NCBI GenBank assembly: GCA_965279515.1
Contig: CBDIID010000003.1
Span: 352,001 to 416,000, forward strand
Reading direction: 5' to 3'
Source: Turneriella sp.
GTDB taxonomy: Bacteria; Spirochaetota; Leptospiria; Turneriellales; Turneriellaceae
Length of the DNA stretch: 64,000 nucleotides
The translations under genes and the position numbers were made by a program. Shown here one piece after another: positions 43,129-52,056 of the stretch; position 1 is the stretch's first letter, and each line of letters starts with the position of its first letter. The notes beneath the pieces are model-generated. The model saw only the letters and a program-made list of their open reading frames with translations. It was not told the origin of the DNA and made no database searches.

Positions 43129-44118
43129 TTAAGCCACCCCGCGTCCCTTTTGCGAGGCAAAATACGCGGCTTTGCGCGCGCGCATAACATTGCCGAGCGG
43201 CTGGTGCTCTTCAATCGCATTCCATGGATCGAATTTCATAAGTTCCACAGATGCGGCAAAATTGTCATAACCAGCGCCAGACAGCTCTTGCGGCGGGATC
43301 ACCAGCTTACCTACGGTAATAAAGGGCGTCTCATCCTGGGGCCAAACGGACGAAGCGTCTTCGATCGGCGTCGTGGCTGCGTCGGTATAAAACTGCAGCT
43401 GGACATCGTAGGTAATCGGTTTCGATTTCAGAATTGCGCGCAGGTCGGCTGTCAGGTCGTCCTTGGGCGCCGGAGGCAAAACCCCGTTTTGCGGCAGCAG
43501 ACGCAGTTTAGCCGCGTAATCCCCGTTTTTGATCGGCAGCGCCGTGGAGAACTCTTCCGTCGCAAAGCTGGTGAATTTTTTACCGATCACTTTGATGAGG
43601 CGGCCCATCGCCTTGAGCATGCCGAAAAAGCCATGCACTTTGATGAGGTGTTTAATCGCCGCCATGGGACCACCCGAAAGCTCCAGTAAGAGATCCAGGA
43701 AATCGTCTGCGCGCGCCGACGAAAACTCCAAGTGGTTGATCATGACAAAATCCTGTTCCGTCGTCGCCTGGCCCGTCAGAATCGACTTGCCTTTGACACC
43801 GGTTACCTTGAGCGCAAAGCCGCGGATATCGGGTTTCTTGTCACTTTGAATATCCAGGCTGCCATTGGAGAGGCGAATGACGGCATCGTATTTTGTCGCC
43901 TTCGCAAAAATACCCTGCGCCGCATGCACCGGCAAACCCGGGTTCACATGGAATTCGGCTTTAAGCGCCAACAGCCCTTTGCGGTGGAGCAGCCTGCCCT
44001 TGCCATATTTTTGCGATTTCGCCCGCTGGATGAGTTTCAGCTTCTGTGCATAGCCGTTGAACTTCTCTTCTTCACCCGCGGGAATAACTTCTTTAAATGT
44101 GGTTGATGGTTCTTTCAT
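43129..44118 (-). CDS. Catalase-related heme protein (small catalase-like family)
   Basis: Distal RLLHRKG, RLSNG, DIRGFALK and DFVMIN; proximal RARKAAY. Confidence 0.85.
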   Translation of the reverse strand: MKEPSTTFKEVIPAGEEEKFNGYAQKLKLIQRAKSQKYGKGRLLHRKGLLALKAEFHVNPGLPVHAAQGIFAKATKYDAVIRLSNGSLDIQSDKKPDIRGFALKVTGVKGKSILTGQATTEQDFVMINHLEFSSARADDFLDLLLELSGGPMAAIKHLIKVHGFFGMLKAMGRLIKVIGKKFTSFATEEFSTALPIKNGDYAAKLRLLPQNGVLPPAPKDDLTADLRAILKSKPITYDVQLQFYTDAATTPIEDASSVWPQDETPFITVGKLVIPPQELSGAGYDNFAASVELMKFDPWNAIEEHQPLGNVMRARKAAYFASQKGRGVA

Positions 44119-44119
44119 A

Positions 44120-44473
44120 TTATCCTTGTTTTTTTAATTGCTGAGCCCACTGGCCCGAAAATACAAAACGCCAGAAGGTAAAAAAATTCTCGGTGAAAAA
44201 CCGTGCGAAAAAATCGAACGGCGACTGGAAGGGGTCGGGCTTCACAGCCTCGCGGCCATGGCCGATGCCCTGTATTATCACGACGCCGACCATAGCACCG
44301 AAGGAGATCCCCGCAATAGTCCATTGCATGAGAATCAGATGCGCAATCACCGACAGCGTGGCGGCGATAAAGATGGGTGCGGTCAAAATGTGCAGAATCA
44401 GATTCAGTTTATGCGCGTGGTTTTTAGGATAGCCCGCGTATTGCCAGCTCACCAGATTCGGAGTTAACAGCAT
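44120..44473 (-). CDS. Mpo1/DUF962-like small membrane protein
   Basis: Y..NH.H..NLILH, QGIGHGRE and RFFTENF motifs. Confidence 0.7.
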   Translation of the reverse strand: MLLTPNLVSWQYAGYPKNHAHKLNLILHILTAPIFIAATLSVIAHLILMQWTIAGISFGAMVGVVIIQGIGHGREAVKPDPFQSPFDFFARFFTENFFTFWRFVFSGQWAQQLKKQG

Positions 44474-44582
44474 ACCGTATGGGTTGTTTCATTAGGGAGC
44501 GCGTCAAGCGCTGCATCGACTCAAAGTTGACACCTCTGTCCAATCGCCGTTGTCCGCATGTTGACCCCGCGAAAAATTACCC

Positions 44583-45650
44583 ATGATCAAGAATCCGTTT
44601 AAACAAATCTTAGGCTTTGAAGAATCCCGTAAGGAAACCCTGCCTTTAAACGAGCTCGAAAAAATCCGTCTCGCGGCGCCCAGGGTGCGCGATGCCTTCG
44701 TTGCAACAGGCATGCCCATCGCGGTGCGACAGTTCAGCTGCTCGGTGAGCCCTTACCCGACGGTCTATGGTTTTCATACCGCCTATGACGGAATCTATCC
44801 CTTTCTGTGGTTCAACAACCGCGCGACACTCGTGCAATTTGAAGAGGCCGGAAAACTCAAGAACCTGCTCTTTAATCCGATCTTTCCCGATCTTTCGGCG
44901 CAGGCGCCCTTCTATACCAACCTGCGGCAAAAGGTACCGCAATTTATGGAAGGTTTGCTGGCAAAAATTCATGCCCCTGTCGTCGAGCAGCTGAGAGACT
45001 TTGGTCTCAAGGCCAGCGACATCGACTACCTGAGTTACGATCACCTGCATGTGCAGGATTTACGGCCGCTCATGGGTGTGCGTGACAATAAAGGCGGCTG
45101 GCTCATTGAGCCGATGTTCCCGAACGCGAAATTTATTTTCCCGAACGCCGAATGGGAATGCACGGTTGCGCTGCACCCCTCCGTCTCAGAATGGTATGTG
45201 CCGAATGGGCTCGCGAAAGTTTCTACCGAGAATCTGATTTTGTATGAAGGGGATATCCAGCTCGGGCCGGGTGTCGCCTTCATAGCAACGCCGGGGCACA
45301 CGGCCGGCAACCACAGCCTCTACCTCAATACCAGCCAGGGCACGATGACGTTGAGTGAGAATGGCGTCGGCGCCGATGCCTATTCACCCGAAAACAGCAA
45401 GATCAACTCGGTGCGGCAAAAGGCGCGTGACCGCGGCTGGGAGGTCGTGCTAAACGCGAACACGCTCGATTATCGCCTATCGCAATATAATTCCATGGTA
45501 AAAGAGAAGCTTTTATCGGGGCCTGCGGCCGACCCCGATTATATCAACCACCACCCGACATCGGAATTCACGACATGGTTTGCCGCGCCGGGGCTTAAAC
45601 CGTCGCTCGAGCACGGCGATATAAAGCACGGTAATTTACAGGATAAGTAA
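44583..45650 (+). CDS. Metallo-beta-lactamase-fold protein with variant motif
   Basis: IDYLSYDHLHVQDL and TPGHTAGNHSL. Confidence 0.75.
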   Translation: MIKNPFKQILGFEESRKETLPLNELEKIRLAAPRVRDAFVATGMPIAVRQFSCSVSPYPTVYGFHTAYDGIYPFLWFNNRATLVQFEEAGKLKNLLFNPIFPDLSAQAPFYTNLRQKVPQFMEGLLAKIHAPVVEQLRDFGLKASDIDYLSYDHLHVQDLRPLMGVRDNKGGWLIEPMFPNAKFIFPNAEWECTVALHPSVSEWYVPNGLAKVSTENLILYEGDIQLGPGVAFIATPGHTAGNHSLYLNTSQGTMTLSENGVGADAYSPENSKINSVRQKARDRGWEVVLNANTLDYRLSQYNSMVKEKLLSGPAADPDYINHHPTSEFTTWFAAPGLKPSLEHGDIKHGNLQDK

Positions 45651-45655
45651 ACGGG

Positions 45656-46894
45656 TTATCCGAGACCGCCGCGCAGGCGTGTGGCGAGGGCAACACGTTC
45701 GACGGCGATGAGGAATGCCGCGGTGCGCAGGTCGGTTTTTCGCCCCTGCGCCAGTGCGACGACAGCGCGGCAGGCAGCGTTCATTTTCTGCTCCAGCGCG
45801 GTATTGACCTGCTCTTCGCTCCAGCCATAACGCTGCGCATTCTGCACCCATTCAAAATAAGAAACCGTGACGCCGCCGGCATTACAGAGTATGTCGGGAA
45901 TGATCGTGACGCCGCGCTGGCGCAGCAGCTGGTCTGCTTCAGGTGTCAAAGGATGGTTCGCAGCTTCGGCAATAAACCGGGCTTTGACGGCAGCGGCATT
46001 GCCGGCATGGATAACTCCGCCCAGCGCCGCCGGCACCAGCACATCGCATTCGAGGGCGAGAAGTTCGTCATTGCTGACCGGTTCGCCCGCGAATGCGGAT
46101 AACCCCCGTGCGCCGGTGGCATAAGCCTGCATGCCAGCAGCGATCTTCAAGCCATCTTTATGAAAGACGCCGCCTGTGGAATTGCTGACTGCAATGACAT
46201 GCCCGCCGAGCTCTGAAAGAATTTTCGCCATCCAGGCCGCGACATTGCCGAGGCCCTGTATGGCAAATGTTTTTCCATGGATGCCGCCGGCATTCAGGGA
46301 CGCCAGTATTTCGCGGATGGTAAAGACGGCACCCCGCCCGGTGGCGGCGTCGCGCCCGGGCGAGCCGCCGAGTTCCAGGGGTTTTCCCGTCACCACACCC
46401 GGAGCATAACCATGGAGCTTCTCATACTCATCGAGAAACCACGCCATCTCTGCGGCACCCGTGCCGACATCGGGAGCCGGTATATCGCGGTCAGGCCCGA
46501 CAATTTCATGGATGGAACGGACGAAGGCACGCATGAGCCGTTGTTTTTCCCGCGCGGACAGTGCCGCCGGGTTACAGGCGACTGCTCCCTTCGCACCGCC
46601 CAGGGGGATATCCACGACGGCGCATTTCCAGGTCATGAGCGAGGCGAGGCTGCGCACTTCGTCGAGATTGACATCGGGATGAAAACGAATACCGCCCTTG
46701 AAAGGGCCGCGCGAATTGTCGTGCTGAACACGGTATGCGGTAAAAACAGCGGGATCACCTTTGTCATTGGCAATCGCCAGTTTGACCTGTGTCTCGCGCA
46801 CCGGGATGCGCAGCCTCTGTTCGAGAATGGCGTCAAGGCCCGCCAGCGCAAAGGCGTTATCTAAAAAGAAATTGGTCTGCTCAAAGGGCGTCAA
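45656..46894 (-). CDS. gdhA: Glu/Leu/Phe/Val dehydrogenase (glutamate dehydrogenase)
   Basis: RGPFKGGIRFHP, MTWKCA, GGAKG, DIPAPDVGT, TGKP, EAANHP and NAGGVTVSYFEW motifs. Confidence 0.92.
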   Translation of the reverse strand: MTPFEQTNFFLDNAFALAGLDAILEQRLRIPVRETQVKLAIANDKGDPAVFTAYRVQHDNSRGPFKGGIRFHPDVNLDEVRSLASLMTWKCAVVDIPLGGAKGAVACNPAALSAREKQRLMRAFVRSIHEIVGPDRDIPAPDVGTGAAEMAWFLDEYEKLHGYAPGVVTGKPLELGGSPGRDAATGRGAVFTIREILASLNAGGIHGKTFAIQGLGNVAAWMAKILSELGGHVIAVSNSTGGVFHKDGLKIAAGMQAYATGARGLSAFAGEPVSNDELLALECDVLVPAALGGVIHAGNAAAVKARFIAEAANHPLTPEADQLLRQRGVTIIPDILCNAGGVTVSYFEWVQNAQRYGWSEEQVNTALEQKMNAACRAVVALAQGRKTDLRTAAFLIAVERVALATRLRGGLG

Positions 46895-46900
46895 TGGAGG

Positions 46901-47911
46901 TCAAATTACAAAATCCCCGTCAAACGTCTGCACATTGCGTATGCGGTAAAAAACCGCGAGCCCCAGGTTTAATCCCAGTGCCTTACCGGTTTCGTAGGGA
47001 ATCTCGGCTTCGACTACCTGCTGCGTCTTGTCGTCGATGAGCGTCACGCGTGTATAAGGCCCGAGCGGCTGCACGCCTTCGACCTTGGCGCTGAAGTCGG
47101 TCGGAAATTTTTGCACGATATCGACCTCGATTTCATGCGGCCGCACATAACCCTTTCCCTGGATACCTTCGATGCGGCCGTGGAACAGGTTGACATTGCC
47201 CATGAACTGGTAAACAAACGGCGTCTTCGGATTGCGGTAAACATCGTCGGGTGTACCGATCTGCTCGACCTGCCCGCGGTTCAGAATCACCACGCGGTCG
47301 GCGACTTCGAGCGCCTCTTCTTGATCATGCGTCACGAAGATACTCGTGATATGAATTTCATCGTGCAGCTTGCGCAGCCAGCGGCGCAGCTCTTTGCGCA
47401 CCTGTGCATCTAACGCACCAAAGGGTTCGTCGAGTAGCAGTACTTTAGGTTCTACGGCGAGCGCCCTCGCCAGCGCCACGCGCTGCCTTTGGCCGCCCGA
47501 CAGTTGGTGCGGATAGCGGTCTTCGAGATTCGCGAGCTGCACGAGGCCCAAAAGTTTCATCACGCGTTCGCGGATTTCTTCTTTGGAGGGGCGGAATTTT
47601 TTCTTGCGCACTTTGAGACCGAAGGCGACGTTATCAAAAATCGTCATGTGTTTGAAGAGCGCATAGTGCTGGAACACAAAGCCGACATTGCGTTCTTTCG
47701 CCGTCAGCGTCTGCACGTCGGTGCCGTCGAAGCGAATAATGCCGGATTCGGGAAATTCAAGACCTGCAATGATGCGCAAAAGCGTTGTCTTGCCGCAACC
47801 CGATGGCCCCAAGAGCGCCAAAAGCTCGCCGTGTCCCGCTTCGATCGAGACATTGTTCAGGGCTTTGAAATTCTTAAAGGTTTTACTGAGATTTTCTACT
47901 TGTATTTGCAT
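46901..47911 (-). CDS. cysA: Sulfate/thiosulfate ABC transporter ATPase
   Basis: [32 protein letters not shown] and [13 protein letters not shown] motifs. Confidence 0.95.
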   Translation of the reverse strand: MQIQVENLSKTFKNFKALNNVSIEAGHGELLALLGPSGCGKTTLLRIIAGLEFPESGIIRFDGTDVQTLTAKERNVGFVFQHYALFKHMTIFDNVAFGLKVRKKKFRPSKEEIRERVMKLLGLVQLANLEDRYPHQLSGGQRQRVALARALAVEPKVLLLDEPFGALDAQVRKELRRWLRKLHDEIHITSIFVTHDQEEALEVADRVVILNRGQVEQIGTPDDVYRNPKTPFVYQFMGNVNLFHGRIEGIQGKGYVRPHEIEVDIVQKFPTDFSAKVEGVQPLGPYTRVTLIDDKTQQVVEAEIPYETGKALGLNLGLAVFYRIRNVQTFDGDFVI

Positions 47912-47932
47912 GCGAAGTTTCCGTTTCTTTTT

Positions 47933-48019
47933 TAAACCGCAAAGTACGCTGAGGTACGCTGAGTATTTGCGGCAAACGCTGTGCCTTTCTTTGCGTCACT
48001 CTGCGCCCTCTGCGGTTAA
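47933..48019. repeat. REP-like inverted element overlapping cysW 3' end
   Basis: TAAACCGCAAAGTACGCTGAG ... CTTTGCGTCACTCTGCGCCCTCTGCGGTTAA imperfect inverted repeat. Confidence 0.6.
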
Positions 48020-48850
48020 TTTTTGTGACAGCTTTGCCTTGAGTTCAACCAGTGTTTTGACCATCAGCGTCGCGAGAGCCAGAAACGCCAAAAGCGACGC
48101 GACAGCAAACGCCGCCGTAAAATTATATTCATTGTAGAGGATTTCCACGTGCAGGGGCATGGTATTCGTTTCGCCGCGGATATGCCCCGAGACCACGGAG
48201 ACCGCGCCGAACTCACCCATCGCGCGCGCATTGCATAAAATTACGCCGTAAATGAGCCCCCATTTGATGTTAGGCAGGGTCACCATGAAAAACATCCGCA
48301 GCGGCGATGCGCCCAGCATCAGCGCCGCTTCTTCTTCACTCTTGCCCTGCTCTTCCATGAGCGGTATGAGTTCACGCGCCACAAAGGGAAATGTCACAAA
48401 GACGGTTGCGAGTACGATGCCCGGTATCGCAAAGATAATCTTGATACCGGCGCCAGAAAGTGCCCCGCCGAGCCAGCCCTGCAAACCGAAAATAAGCACA
48501 TAGATAAGCCCTGAAATCACCGGTGAAATCGCAAAGGGCAAATCGATGAGCGAGACGAGAAAACTCTTGCCCCAGAAATCAAATTTTGCCACGGCGTACG
48601 CGGCCACGACTCCAAACACGAGGTTCAGCGGCACCGAAATGCCCGCGGCAATCAATGTCAGTTTAATTGCCTCCCATGTTACCGGATCCGCGAGAGATTC
48701 GACATAATACCCCCAACCTTTGTTAAAAGCCTGTGTGAAAATTTCGTAAAGCGGCAAAACTAAAAGCAGCGTTAGAAATCCTACGGCGAAGCCGATGAAA
48801 GTAATTTTGAGCCAGAGTGGATCCTGAATTTGTGCGCTTGTCTTCTTCAT
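47996..48850 (-). CDS. cysW: Sulfate ABC transporter permease CysW
   Basis: DLPFAISPVISG, PFVARELIPLM and ARAMGEFGAVSVVSGHIRGET motifs. Confidence 0.95.
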   Translation of the reverse strand: MKKTSAQIQDPLWLKITFIGFAVGFLTLLLVLPLYEIFTQAFNKGWGYYVESLADPVTWEAIKLTLIAAGISVPLNLVFGVVAAYAVAKFDFWGKSFLVSLIDLPFAISPVISGLIYVLIFGLQGWLGGALSGAGIKIIFAIPGIVLATVFVTFPFVARELIPLMEEQGKSEEEAALMLGASPLRMFFMVTLPNIKWGLIYGVILCNARAMGEFGAVSVVSGHIRGETNTMPLHVEILYNEYNFTAAFAVASLLAFLALATLMVKTLVELKAKLSQKLTAEGAE

Positions 48851-49671
48851 GTAACCTTTCTCTTCTGGCGTATCTGCAAATAGTTCAGGATGAGGAGCAG
48901 CGCAAAGGAAATCATCAGCATCACAGCCGCCACCGCCGTCGCGCCCTGCACATTGTGCTGCTCGAGTTTGGTGATGATGATGAGCGGCGTGATTTCACTT
49001 TTGAACGGAATATTGCCAGCAATAAAGATCACGCTGCCGTACTCACCCAGCGCGCGGGAGAACGCCATGATCGTACCTGAAAACAGCGCGGGTAATAGCG
49101 ATGGTAAGATGACGCGGGTGATCGTCTGCCAGCGCGTTGCTCCCAAACTCGCCGCAGCCTCTTCGACTTCTTTTTCAAAGTCTTCTAGCACGGGCTGTAC
49201 CGAACGCACGACGAAAGGCAGACCGATAAAAGTCAGTGCAATTGTGATGCCGATGGGGTTATAGGCGGCCTTGATGCCAGCCTTCATGAGTGGCGCGCCT
49301 AAAATACCGTTCTCTGCATAGACGGTGGAAAGCGCGATACCGGCAACGGCTGTCGGCAATGCGAACGGGAGATCGACTAATGTGTCGAGCAGGCGTTTGC
49401 CCCAAAAAGTATACCGCGTCAGCACCCAGGCTATCACGAAACCGGCAAAGAGGTTGATCATCGCCGCGATAAATGCCGTCAAAAAACTCAAACGTAAGGA
49501 GATGAGGGTACGTTCTGAAAAGGCATGCTCGGCAAAATCAGCCCAGCCCAAAGAAAAACTCTTCGCAAACATCGCACCGAGTGGAATTAATACAATAACG
49601 GCGAGATAAATTACCGTGTAGGTAGAGGTTATCTTAAAACCAGGTAGGATGGATTTTTCGCGGAAAGTCAA
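48847..49671 (-). CDS. cysT: Sulfate ABC transporter permease CysT
   Basis: DLPFALPTAVAG, PFVVRSVQPVL and GEYGSVIFIAGNIP motifs; probable TTG start at 49671. Confidence 0.93.
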   Translation of the reverse strand: MTFREKSILPGFKITSTYTVIYLAVIVLIPLGAMFAKSFSLGWADFAEHAFSERTLISLRLSFLTAFIAAMINLFAGFVIAWVLTRYTFWGKRLLDTLVDLPFALPTAVAGIALSTVYAENGILGAPLMKAGIKAAYNPIGITIALTFIGLPFVVRSVQPVLEDFEKEVEEAAASLGATRWQTITRVILPSLLPALFSGTIMAFSRALGEYGSVIFIAGNIPFKSEITPLIIITKLEQHNVQGATAVAAVMLMISFALLLILNYLQIRQKRKVT

Positions 49672-49778
49672 ACCCCACCCCCTAACCCCCTCCCCATTAC
49701 ATGGAGAGGGGGAAAAAGAAGTTCCCCAAACCCCTCTCCACATCGTGGGGAGGGGTGGCCGTAGGCCGGGGTGGGGTT
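49671..49778. repeat. G/C-tract REP-like element between sbp and cysT
   Basis: Terminal IR AACCCCACCCC/GGGGTGGGGTT with two internal CCCCTC(C/T)CC..GGxGAGGGG hairpins. Confidence 0.7.
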
Positions 49779-50811
49779 AGCGACGATAGACCTGATCAAA
49801 CAGCCCTCCGTCGGCAAAATGTTCTTTGTTCGCTTTATCCCAGCCGCCGAAGGTCGCATCGACCGTGACGAGCCGTACCGGCTTCACGTGCGCATAGTGT
49901 TTGGCGATATCGGTCTTGCGGGGACGGAAAAAATTCTTGCCGGCCAGATTTTGCCCTGCGTCGGAATACAGGTATTGCAGGTAGGCGGCGGCGATTTCCT
50001 GATTGCCTTTTTTAATAGCGTTGCCTTCCATGAGGGCGACGCTCGGTTCGGCGAGAATGCTGAGCGATGGAATAACAATTTCAAACTGCCCGCCCAACTC
50101 CTTTACCGCGAGGTAGGCTTCGTTTTCCCAGGCAATCAGCACATCGCCGAGTTTGCGCTGCGTGAAGGTTGTCGTCGCACCGCGGGCACCGGCATCCAGC
50201 ACGGCCACGTTCTTATATAAAGCACGCAGAAATTCTTTTCCACGCGCAGCCGCGCTGCCGCCATCTTCCGGGTGCCCCGGAACTCCGCGCGGCCCAGTGC
50301 CTCGTGCACCGTGGGCATACGCCGCGAGATGGTTCCAACGCGCACCGCCCGAGGTTTTCGGGTTGGGTGTAATCACTGAAACGCCGGCTTTTATGAGGTC
50401 ATCCCAATCCTTAATATTTTTAGGATTTCCCTTACGAACCAAAAATACGATCGTTGAGGTATAGGGCGCACTGTTATCGGGCAGCCTCTTCTGCCAGTCG
50501 CTGGGTGCAATCTTCGCTTCGCGCGCAATGGCGTCGATATCTGAAGAGAGCGCCAGCGTGACAACGTCGGCAGCCAGACCGTCGATCACGGAACGCGCCT
50601 GTTTGCCGCTGCCGCCATGCGACATATGGAAACGTACTTCGTCTTGCGGGTGAGTTGTTTTCCAGTGTTTGAGGAATGCTTCATTATACTCGCGGTAGAA
50701 TTCGCGCGTGGGATCATAAGAGACGTTCATGAGCTCGCGCGTCGCCTTTTTACCGCCGCAGGCAGTCAGGGCAGCGATGAACAGAATAAACTTTAACGGA
50801 CTTTTTTTCAT
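49777..50811 (-). CDS. sbp: Sulfate-binding protein, lipoprotein form
   Basis: Lipobox [31 protein letters not shown] and NPKTSGGA motifs. Confidence 0.92.
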   Translation of the reverse strand: MKKSPLKFILFIAALTACGGKKATRELMNVSYDPTREFYREYNEAFLKHWKTTHPQDEVRFHMSHGGSGKQARSVIDGLAADVVTLALSSDIDAIAREAKIAPSDWQKRLPDNSAPYTSTIVFLVRKGNPKNIKDWDDLIKAGVSVITPNPKTSGGARWNHLAAYAHGARGTGPRGVPGHPEDGGSAAARGKEFLRALYKNVAVLDAGARGATTTFTQRKLGDVLIAWENEAYLAVKELGGQFEIVIPSLSILAEPSVALMEGNAIKKGNQEIAAAYLQYLYSDAGQNLAGKNFFRPRKTDIAKHYAHVKPVRLVTVDATFGGWDKANKEHFADGGLFDQVYRR

Positions 50812-50856
50812 TATAACGACCGACGAATTCGAGAATTCAGACACTCCGTCAATGAC

Positions 50857-51031
50857 GGTAACTTTGAGGGCATGCCGTCCCCGGTCTTAGCAAAACCGGG
50901 AGCAGCGAAGCGCTTTAGTCGCTGACCAAGAGGTCCACGACCTATTGGCAGTCGTTTGTCTTCAAACAACGCGAACCGTCTTCGGGTCTCCGCTTCGGAG
51001 GCTCCCGGTTTTGCCATGCCCTCAAATTACC
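50857..51031. repeat. ~175-bp long inverted-repeat element between the two sbp genes
   Basis: GGTAA.TTTGAGGGCATG..GCAAAACCGGGAGC pairs with GCTCCCGGTTTTGC-CATGCCCTCAAA-TTACC. Confidence 0.7.
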
Positions 51032-51037
51032 AGAGCA

Positions 51038-52036
51038 CTATTTCCGGTAGATCTGGTCGAAGGTGCCCCCGTCGGCAAAGTGTGTTTTTGCCGCGTTTTT
51101 CCATCCACCGAAAACACCGTCTACCGTAATCAGTTTGAGGTTCTTGAAGTGGTTGAAACGCGCCGCCGCCTTGGGGTTACGCGGGCGGTAATAGTGTTTC
51201 GCCGCGATATTCTGCCCCTCGGGTGATTCGAGATAGTCGAGGTAAGCTTTCGCGATTTCGGCATTCCCCTTGCGGTTCGCATTGACATCCACTACAGATA
51301 CCGACGGTTCTGCGAGGATACTGAAGGACGGAATCACCACATCGTACTGATCAGGGCCGAGCTCCTTAATCGCGAGAAAGGCCTCGTTTTCCCAGGCGAT
51401 ATAGACGTCGCCAATCTTGCGCTGCGTGAAGGTCGTCGTCGCGCCGCGCGCACCGGTATCGAGCACGGCGACGTTTTTATAGATCGCCGTCACGAATTCC
51501 TTCGGATCCTTTTTTTTATCCAGCGCGTAACCCCATGCCGCCAGGTAATTCCACTGCGCGCCGCCCGAGGTTTTTGGGTTCGGGGTAATGACCGACACGC
51601 CGGGCTTGCCCAGGTCGTCCCAGTCCTTAATCCCCTTAGGATTTCCCTTACGCACTAGAAACACAATCGTCGACGTATAGGGTGCGCTGTTGTTTGGCCG
51701 GCGCTTCTGCCAGTCTTCAGGCAAAAGTTTTGCTTTCTCGGCGATCACGCTGACGTCGTTCGCCAGGGCGAGTGTCACCACATCGGCGTCGAGGCCGTCG
51801 ACAACCGAACGGGCTTGTTTGCCGCTACCGCCATGCGATTGCCGGAACTTAACGTTATCCTGCGGATGCGTCGCTTTCCAGTGGCGGGCAAACGCCGCAT
51901 TAAATTCTCGGTAAAGTTCGCGTGTCGGGTCATACGAGACATTGAGCAGCTCGTAGTCTTTCGCCGCAACCTCGCCGCCGACAAGGGCGGTCAGGATGGT
52001 GGCGAGGTAAATAATTTTCAGATTTTTCACTTTCAT
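51038..52036 (-). CDS. sbp: Sulfate-binding protein, periplasmic form
   Basis: Type-I signal peptide; [23 protein letters not shown] and AWENEA motifs; SD GAAGGAG before ATG 52036. Confidence 0.93.
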   Translation of the reverse strand: MKVKNLKIIYLATILTALVGGEVAAKDYELLNVSYDPTRELYREFNAAFARHWKATHPQDNVKFRQSHGGSGKQARSVVDGLDADVVTLALANDVSVIAEKAKLLPEDWQKRRPNNSAPYTSTIVFLVRKGNPKGIKDWDDLGKPGVSVITPNPKTSGGAQWNYLAAWGYALDKKKDPKEFVTAIYKNVAVLDTGARGATTTFTQRKIGDVYIAWENEAFLAIKELGPDQYDVVIPSFSILAEPSVSVVDVNANRKGNAEIAKAYLDYLESPEGQNIAAKHYYRPRNPKAAARFNHFKNLKLITVDGVFGGWKNAAKTHFADGGTFDQIYRK

Positions 52037-52056
52037 CTCCTTCAGTATATTGGCAA

